From: a virus
Lineage: Duplodnaviria; Caudoviricetes
Length of the DNA: 43,085 nt
IMG/VR virus record: IMGVR_UViG_3300028072_000010
Span: 1-43,085 of that record
Strand: one strand, 5' to 3'
A program made the position numbers and the translations under genes. Of this stretch, positions 37,376 to 43,085 are shown one piece after another. Numbering within the stretch: the stretch's first letter is position 1; each line of letters starts with the position of its first letter. The notes beneath the pieces are model-generated. The model had not been told where the DNA came from. It did not search any database and saw only the letters and a list, made by a program, of their open reading frames with translations.

Positions 37376-38107
37376 ATGAAGGTCGTTCATAACGCACCGT
37401 CGAGCAATGGCTACAATGCCTACTGCTTGTCCAAGGAAATCATCGACCTGTCGGTGGCGGACGTATGGGACGAGGCCAAGATGGAATGGGACCTTGACCA
37501 TATCGTGCAACTCGATCCGACGGAAGACGTCGGGCAGACCTGTCTCTGCTCGCACCATCCGATTTTCGAGTTGTGCTACATCCGCAATCGCCTGAACGGT
37601 GAGATCGCTTTGGTCGGTAATCACTGCATCGCGAAATTCATGGAACATTTGCGCTCACAGGCGATGTTCAACTGTCTGCGCAAGATCGCCTGCGATGATA
37701 CCCGCTCCATGAATATCGAACTGGCACAATATGCCGAGAAGCAGGGCTGGTTGACCACATGGGAATACAAATTCGTGGTGGACAATCTGCGCCGACGTGA
37801 TCTGTCGGTCAGTCAATTGGCCATCCGGCAGCGATTGAACGATCAGGTGTTGCGTAAGATCGGCTATCACCATAAGGCGTTGACCAAACGACGGGATCAG
37901 GCGATTGTAGACAACCTCCGTCAGATCAAACGCGAGCCGACCACCATGGTCACCGTCGATACCGCCCAATGGCTGTTCGATCAGCATCAGATCACCCGCT
38001 GGGAATACGATTTTCTGTTGAACATCCATGAGCGACCTCGGCTATCCTCAGCGCAACAGATGTCGAAGACCAAGGTGCACGCCAAAATCGCCAAGTTGTT
38101 CGCATGA
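37376..38107 (+). CDS. Cys/His metal-binding domain plus duplicated helical domain
   Basis: CLCSHHPI...C.I.N..NG...VGNHC; two ~60 aa repeats each with T.WEY.F...LS..Q. Confidence 0.7.
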   Translation: MKVVHNAPSSNGYNAYCLSKEIIDLSVADVWDEAKMEWDLDHIVQLDPTEDVGQTCLCSHHPIFELCYIRNRLNGEIALVGNHCIAKFMEHLRSQAMFNCLRKIACDDTRSMNIELAQYAEKQGWLTTWEYKFVVDNLRRRDLSVSQLAIRQRLNDQVLRKIGYHHKALTKRRDQAIVDNLRQIKREPTTMVTVDTAQWLFDQHQITRWEYDFLLNIHERPRLSSAQQMSKTKVHAKIAKLFA

Positions 38108-39069
38108 ACGGCCTGTGGGACCTGCGGAAACAACTTTACGGCAATGGCTATCGCCCGGTGTCGATCCAGACCTTTCCCGAATTGTTGAAATACCCCCTCA
38201 ATCCGGGCTGGACCGAATTGGCCCGCTGTGATCCTCCCATTCCGGCGGTGAGTGCCCCGCCGGACGCATGGCATCAATCGACCGGAGTGCTCGCCGACGG
38301 ATTGCAGATCGTTGACATCGATCTGGACAAACCCGACCATTGTCTCGACGTGGCACAATATTGCCTCGATCATCTGGGCGATGCGCCGATCCGCTTCCGG
38401 CCGAACGCCTGTCGCGTAGCGTTGCTGTATCGAGCGGCCGAAGGTTCACCCGGCAAGGCCAAGGCATGGAAACGCAACCCTGATCGAACGGGGGAAGGCG
38501 TCGAGGTGCTGGGCCATGGCAATCAATTGCATGCCTATGGCTATCATCCGTCCGGCGTCGAGATCGAATGGATGGATGATCGTGGGCCACACAATGTGTC
38601 GCGTGACGATCTTATTGCAGTGGATTTGCCACAAGTTCATAATCTGTTGGATTATACCCGTCAATTATTGGGAGTCCAAGAGACCGTGATCACCCGTTCT
38701 GTCGCTCCACCGGCCACCTTATCGGCCGGCTATGTCGGCACGCCGCAGCGATGGCATGACGCCGACATCTTGGATGTTCTGGGCTCGATTCCGAACACCA
38801 CGGTGGACTATGACTGGTGGCTGCGGATTTGCATGGCGACCTTCGTGGCGTCGCATGGCACCGCCTATGACGTATTTTCGGCATGGTCGGCGCTCAATGT
38901 CACGCATGACGAACAGATGTGTCGCAACACCTGGGCGGCGTTGTATCGCAATCCACCCAATCGAATCACCGGCAGTACCCTGTTGCGGTATGCCCGTGAC
39001 GCCAATGGCGGGAGTTATATCAAACCCTCCCGCCGATTGGTTAGACTGCCCTTTTTAACGGAGAGATGA
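38104..39069 (+). CDS. primase-polymerase (Prim-Pol) with PriCT-2 domain
   Basis: K.P...GW, TGV, VDID, EVLG.GNQ..AYG.HP.G; C-terminal YD.WLRI.MA...F..WS...IT..TL...A. Confidence 0.85.
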   Translation: MNGLWDLRKQLYGNGYRPVSIQTFPELLKYPLNPGWTELARCDPPIPAVSAPPDAWHQSTGVLADGLQIVDIDLDKPDHCLDVAQYCLDHLGDAPIRFRPNACRVALLYRAAEGSPGKAKAWKRNPDRTGEGVEVLGHGNQLHAYGYHPSGVEIEWMDDRGPHNVSRDDLIAVDLPQVHNLLDYTRQLLGVQETVITRSVAPPATLSAGYVGTPQRWHDADILDVLGSIPNTTVDYDWWLRICMATFVASHGTAYDVFSAWSALNVTHDEQMCRNTWAALYRNPPNRITGSTLLRYARDANGGSYIKPSRRLVRLPFLTER

Positions 39070-39073
39070 TAAT

Positions 39074-39700
39074 TTGAATCAGTTCACTATCGACCGGACC
39101 CGCATCACGCGGGTGCGGAATAATAATCTGACGGCCTATGCCAGCGGCGGACAGATCGTCATCCGTCGCTCGCGCCCCGACGGCAAGGGCGGCTGGATCG
39201 CCGATCCGGTTGTCGCCACCGACCTGTTCGGCGTGGATATCTGGCAATTGGAGGTCGGCTATGAGGTATGGGGTGAGACGAATGGTAAGAGGCATCGGGA
39301 GGTCGCCTTGGTGCCCTATGGTCAAACCCCGCCGGAGACGCCGATCGACGGGTCGCCGATTTATCAACTGCCGATCTATAGCAGTCAATGGGGCGGCCGG
39401 GCCGATTTGACGATTAATGATCGGGTGGGATCGGAGGCATTGGCCGATCTGTGCGATGATTTGGAGAATCATGCCGAATTTCATGCGGTCAACCCGCCGA
39501 TGATCCCCCATATCGAGGTCACTGGGGTCGAGGAAGGACCGTTCGGTATCAAGCCGATCTTCGCCATTGCCGAATGGGCCGAGCGTCCGGCAAGATGGGG
39601 TGATCTCAAGATCAAGCCGATCCCCGCAGTGATCGTCGCATCCGATCGGCCCGATATTATGCAGCGTCTGCATGAACGCAATCTGCGGCGAGTCGATTAA
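39074..39700 (+). CDS. hypothetical replication-module protein, possibly ssDNA-binding
   Basis: TTG start with GGAG SD; between primase and helicase; P.F.I..W..RP motif. Confidence 0.5.
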   Translation: MNQFTIDRTRITRVRNNNLTAYASGGQIVIRRSRPDGKGGWIADPVVATDLFGVDIWQLEVGYEVWGETNGKRHREVALVPYGQTPPETPIDGSPIYQLPIYSSQWGGRADLTINDRVGSEALADLCDDLENHAEFHAVNPPMIPHIEVTGVEEGPFGIKPIFAIAEWAERPARWGDLKIKPIPAVIVASDRPDIMQRLHERNLRRVD

Positions 39701-39808
39701 TCGAACAAATGGCGAACAACGATTACACGAACTAATACTATCAAGTTTTTGTTAATCACTAGCGAGGTGGGGAGCATTCCCGCCTCGTGCCATTTTATGG
39801 AGAATTTG

Positions 39809-40945
39809 ATGAAGTACGGTGATGAAGACGCAGTGCCGTCGGGCCTGTATGAACTGCTCGACGAAATTCAGATCATCAAACAGCCATTGCCGACGTATTT
39901 GGTGGACGGATTGATCCCCGAAGACAGCATCAATCTGTTGACCGGGCAGAAGGGCGTCTACAAATCGTTCATGGGACTCGACATGGCGTTGACCATGACC
40001 CATGGCAAAGGGAGTTTTCACGGGCGGGCGACTCAGGATGGCGGGGCAATCTATTTCGCCGGCGAAGGTGCCGGTGGCTTGGGCAAACGCATTGCGGCGT
40101 GGCGTCTGCACCATAAGATCGATCATGCCGACACATACGGTGTAAAATCACCGTTCTGGCTAGTTCGGACCCCTATCAATCTGTTGAACGAGGCCGATAT
40201 CGATCAGATCATCCGCTCGATCAAGGATACCGAACAGCGCTATGGCTGTATGATCAAAACCACCTGGGTCGATACCATCAGTCGCGCCATTCAGGGCGCC
40301 AAAGAGGATGAACAGACTTGGGGGGCGATCATCACCGCTGGAGAGCGGATTAAGAACGAGGTCGGCCATCGCATGGCGTTTATCGGCATCGCCCATCAGG
40401 GTAAGGATGCCTCACGTGGTACACGCGGATCGTCGGTTGCCGAATGCAATGCCGATGCCGTGCTCACCATGTATTCCGACAAGGAAAATGCCCCCGATGA
40501 ACTGCGGCTGCACGTCAGCAAATTGAAGGATGACGAGGACGGCAACACATATAATTTCGTCACCTGCCAGTACCAATGGACTGGCGAGCAAGGCAAAACC
40601 GATTCCTTGGTCCTGATCGAGGATTGGGAAGAAACCGATATGCAGCGCAATCTGCGGCTGGATCACCGCAGAGAACGGCAGAATGGCCGTGATCGACGGG
40701 CTCCCGACCTGCTAGAACGCATTGCCAATTTACCGCCTAACATCTATCTGCTGAGCGAGGCAATCACTTTGATCGGAAAGAAACCCGGTCGAATCAACGA
40801 AAAAGTCATAGCACTCGTGCCGATCCACCCGATCCGAGTCGAAGTCAGCAATGGATTGGCGATGAATGGGACCGGGTATCGTCTCGTGTCGCGGCGTGTC
40901 GATGCGCTAAGAGGTCAACTTATCCAAGTCGCCGACGTCAACTAA
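39809..40945 (+). CDS. RecA-like AAA_25/RepA-type replicative helicase
   Basis: YLVDGLIP, Walker A GQKGVYKS, Y.AGEG, Walker B WVDT, H.GKD..RG.RGSS, K.KD. Start refined using a GGAG SD. Confidence 0.88.
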   Translation: MKYGDEDAVPSGLYELLDEIQIIKQPLPTYLVDGLIPEDSINLLTGQKGVYKSFMGLDMALTMTHGKGSFHGRATQDGGAIYFAGEGAGGLGKRIAAWRLHHKIDHADTYGVKSPFWLVRTPINLLNEADIDQIIRSIKDTEQRYGCMIKTTWVDTISRAIQGAKEDEQTWGAIITAGERIKNEVGHRMAFIGIAHQGKDASRGTRGSSVAECNADAVLTMYSDKENAPDELRLHVSKLKDDEDGNTYNFVTCQYQWTGEQGKTDSLVLIEDWEETDMQRNLRLDHRRERQNGRDRRAPDLLERIANLPPNIYLLSEAITLIGKKPGRINEKVIALVPIHPIRVEVSNGLAMNGTGYRLVSRRVDALRGQLIQVADVN

Positions 40946-40953
40946 TATTGCCT

Positions 40954-41096
40954 TTCCGCCGACCGGAAAGCGGAACGGAAAGGCTTCCGTTCCGTTCCGG
41001 AGAGGAATGTTAGATAGCAGGATTTTCCGCTTCCTTATATATGGAAAAACGGAAAGGGGACTAGCTTGTACACCTACCCCTTTGGGGTAGGTGTAC
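40954..41096. other. putative replication origin (iterons plus palindromes)
   Basis: Nine TTCCG/CGGAA copies; 10-bp stem 40971-40994; 13-bp perfect stem GTACACCTACCCC-TTT-GGGGTAGGTGTAC 41068-41096; directly after the helicase. Confidence 0.55.
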
Positions 41097-41200
41097 CAAG
41101 CAAGGTATAGGCCGGGAGAAGAAGGGAATCAGCACGAGATTAGCAGGTACCAGTACCCGCTGGCGGAGATTTGCTGCCTGCTTCTGCGTACGTAGTACAC

Positions 41201-41220
41201 GACATGACACGACATGACAT
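41201..41220 (+). repeat. four GACAY pentamers
   Basis: GACAT GACAC GACAT GACAT, preceded by TACAC. Confidence 0.7.
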
Positions 41221-41285
41221 ATCTCTCGGTGCAAGCCGTCGGAATAGGCATGACTAAATACCCCGCACAAAATTGAATCGGACCC

Positions 41286-41465
41286 ATGCACCCCATCGAT
41301 CGCCTTGCCGCTATCCGCCACGAAATCCAGCAATTAGAAGCCGAGGCCAACGACATCCGCCGGTTGATCATCAGCGGCGAGGTCGATCCCCATGGCGAGT
41401 TCTATCACGCCAAGATCAGACGACAGGTCGTGTTGTTACATGAATCCCACTACCTTGACGACTAG
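41286..41465 (+). CDS. small hypothetical protein (not in ORF track)
   Basis: 59 aa MHPIDRLAAIRHEIQQLEAEANDIRRLII...; TAAATA at 41255-41260. Confidence 0.6.
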   Translation: MHPIDRLAAIRHEIQQLEAEANDIRRLIISGEVDPHGEFYHAKIRRQVVLLHESHYLDD

Positions 41466-41844
41466 GACGTGCAGCATCTGTGGCGAGACCAAGCCCGACG
41501 CCGAGTACTATCGCTATCCGACGGGCTATGTTCGGCCGGCCTGTCGCACCTGTCATATCGTGCGAGTTCGCCTGTCGCAGCGGGCGCATCCAGAGAAAAC
41601 CAGAGAAGCCAACAGACGGTATCGTGAGCGTCATAGGGAGGCGCTACGCGAACGGGAGCGCAGCTATCGAATCAAATATCGCTCCCGCAAGGCCGCCTCC
41701 CAGCGGGCGTATTATGCCGCTCATCGCGAGGCCGTGTTGGCGCGGATGAAAGCCACCCGCGACCTCCATAGGCAGATGCGGATTGCCGCCGGATTGCCGG
41801 TGCGGATGAGAGGTCGACCGAGGACCATCGAATGCGACTCCTAA
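41440..41844 (+). CDS. Zn-ribbon, Arg-rich DNA-binding protein
   Basis: CSICGETKP..EY...CRTC, charged helical repeats, RGRPR AT-hook. Resembles an HNH N-terminus without the nuclease domain. Confidence 0.6.
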   Translation: MNPTTLTTRTCSICGETKPDAEYYRYPTGYVRPACRTCHIVRVRLSQRAHPEKTREANRRYRERHREALRERERSYRIKYRSRKAASQRAYYAAHREAVLARMKATRDLHRQMRIAAGLPVRMRGRPRTIECDS

Positions 41845-42060
41845 ATGGATGATTTTATGACACCCGATCTCACCGAGTTCAATTACGACACCCTGCTGGA
41901 TATGAAACAGGCAGCGGCTTATTGCCGGCTTCCGTACAGCTATTTCCGCAGCCAAATGAAACGTGGCGCTGGACCACGTCATGTGATGCCGTCACCCCAA
42001 CAGCGATTCTTTGAAATCCGCGACCTCGATACGTGGATGGCGGGTTGGCGGCGCACGTGA
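41845..42060 (+). CDS. AlpA/excisionase-like HTH protein
   Basis: LLDMKQAAAYC.L...GAGP......F...DLD.W; paralog of 37031..37258. Confidence 0.75.
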   Translation: MDDFMTPDLTEFNYDTLLDMKQAAAYCRLPYSYFRSQMKRGAGPRHVMPSPQQRFFEIRDLDTWMAGWRRT

Positions 42061-42362
42061 ACCCCGGTCTCCTCGAAGATGGTATGAAAGCCGCCGGCGA
42101 ATTTGTCGGCACATTCAAACAGCAGCCCTTGGTGCTCATGCTTGGTCTCATGAACATCGTGCTGCTGATTTTCCTGTTCTATTATTTGTCGAGAATCACC
42201 AGCCGGACCGAGACCACGGTCGGCATGCTGTTCGCCGCACAGGACAAGTTGTACGGCCAATGGTCCGAGGTGATGAAGGATCAGAACGCGTTGACCGAGA
42301 AGGTGCTGCATTGCGTCATGCCCGAAGACGCGCTCAAATTGATGCAGGCGCCGCGACCATAA
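42057..42362 (+). CDS. single-pass membrane protein (holin candidate)
   Basis: GTGA coupling; TM segment PLVLMLGLMNIVLLIFLFYYL followed by a helical tail. Confidence 0.5.
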   Translation: MNPGLLEDGMKAAGEFVGTFKQQPLVLMLGLMNIVLLIFLFYYLSRITSRTETTVGMLFAAQDKLYGQWSEVMKDQNALTEKVLHCVMPEDALKLMQAPRP

Positions 42363-42381
42363 ATATCCGATGGAGGTCCCC

Positions 42382-42534
42382 ATGTCCGAATCTACTAGCA
42401 CCGCTGACGCCGATATCCAAGCCCAACTCGACACCCTCGCCATCGAGATCGCCGATTTGAAAGCCAGAGTGTCCCACCTCGAATTGGAGGGCGGGTTTTC
42501 CTATACCAAGACCACGACCGATGAGGCGGAATGA
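42382..42534 (+). CDS. small coiled-coil protein (not in ORF track)
   Basis: GGAGG SD, TAAATA at 42360; 50 aa, IQAQLDTLAIEIADLKARVSHLE. Confidence 0.55.
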   Translation: MSESTSTADADIQAQLDTLAIEIADLKARVSHLELEGGFSYTKTTTDEAE

Positions 42535-42842
42535 AATCTAACGCAGCCGCTGAATGGCAGTTCTCGCTTCACCGACTCAACCAGCGATGGACTGAGATCG
42601 GGCTGAGCGAGGACGCGCAGCAGGCGCCACGCAGCGATCTCCTGCCAGTCCTCCCCCTCTAGCTTCGTCGCATGCGCCTCCGCAATCAGCTTGAAGTACT
42701 GACCCTTGGACGGCGCTTCAACGAACTGCTGATACACCGCCTCGGGCACCTCACGGTAAGTGAAATTCCCGCCCTTCACGAACGCCACGATCAACAGCTT
42801 GGTGACCGGATCGTAATGGATATCGGCGATCGAGCTAGACAT
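42501..42842 (-). CDS. KTSC domain protein with C-terminal extension
   Basis: SSSIADIHYDP....L.V.F.KGG..Y..VP..VY..F..APSKGQYF; AAGGA SD. Confidence 0.8.
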   Translation of the reverse strand: MSSSIADIHYDPVTKLLIVAFVKGGNFTYREVPEAVYQQFVEAPSKGQYFKLIAEAHATKLEGEDWQEIAAWRLLRVLAQPDLSPSLVESVKRELPFSGCVRFHSASSVVVLV

Positions 42843-43085
42843 GTCCTTATTCCTTCATTGGCCACCATTGCATAGGCGCATGTGTGTTGGATGTCACGCA
42901 CAATGTCATTCATTGCTATGATAGTTCTGCATATCAGACATGCAAGTATGGGGGTTGATGGGAATATATTCCTAGTCGATAGGAATATAATCCTAGTATC
43001 GCCGGCCGGGTCCTCCGAGTCCGACCGGTCACCGCACCGCCCGCCGAAAGTAAAATGTCCTATGGGGCCTCCGAATCGGGCCATC

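Noticed and set aside
1-43085. tRNA/rRNA genes, integrase/att site, alternative genetic code
   Set aside because: No cloverleaf or rRNA-like segment, no tyrosine/serine recombinase motif, and core genes are intact in the standard code.

Overview
The window looks like a near-complete or complete ~43 kb, GC-rich podovirus genome with a P22-like virion module: terS/terL, portal, scaffold, gp5-like coat, gp4-like adaptor, gp10-like tail hub, gp26-like needle, GNAT and ejection proteins. It also has a prim-pol/AAA helicase replication module, two DNA methyltransferases and four HNH-type endonucleases. An alphaproteobacterial host is plausible but only inferred. I see no integrase, CI-like repressor, replicative polymerase, sigma factor or classical lysis cassette. 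Three things stand out. (1) An operon at 33056-34815 has a Cas7/RAMP-like gene, a partner gene and a ~260 nt non-coding array of phase-locked GAY-NN pentamers ending in a terminator. This is a candidate CRISPR-independent RNA-guided system with a gapped dinucleotide code. (2) The gp10 tail hub is split: its missing C-terminal module appears twice, at the ends of two different downstream receptor-binding-like proteins. (3) A T4-late-like TAAATA motif precedes most genes, often 4-6 nt before the ATG, although no cognate sigma factor is visible. All family calls come from motif recognition by eye, not database searches. Several start codons were refined relative to the ORF track.
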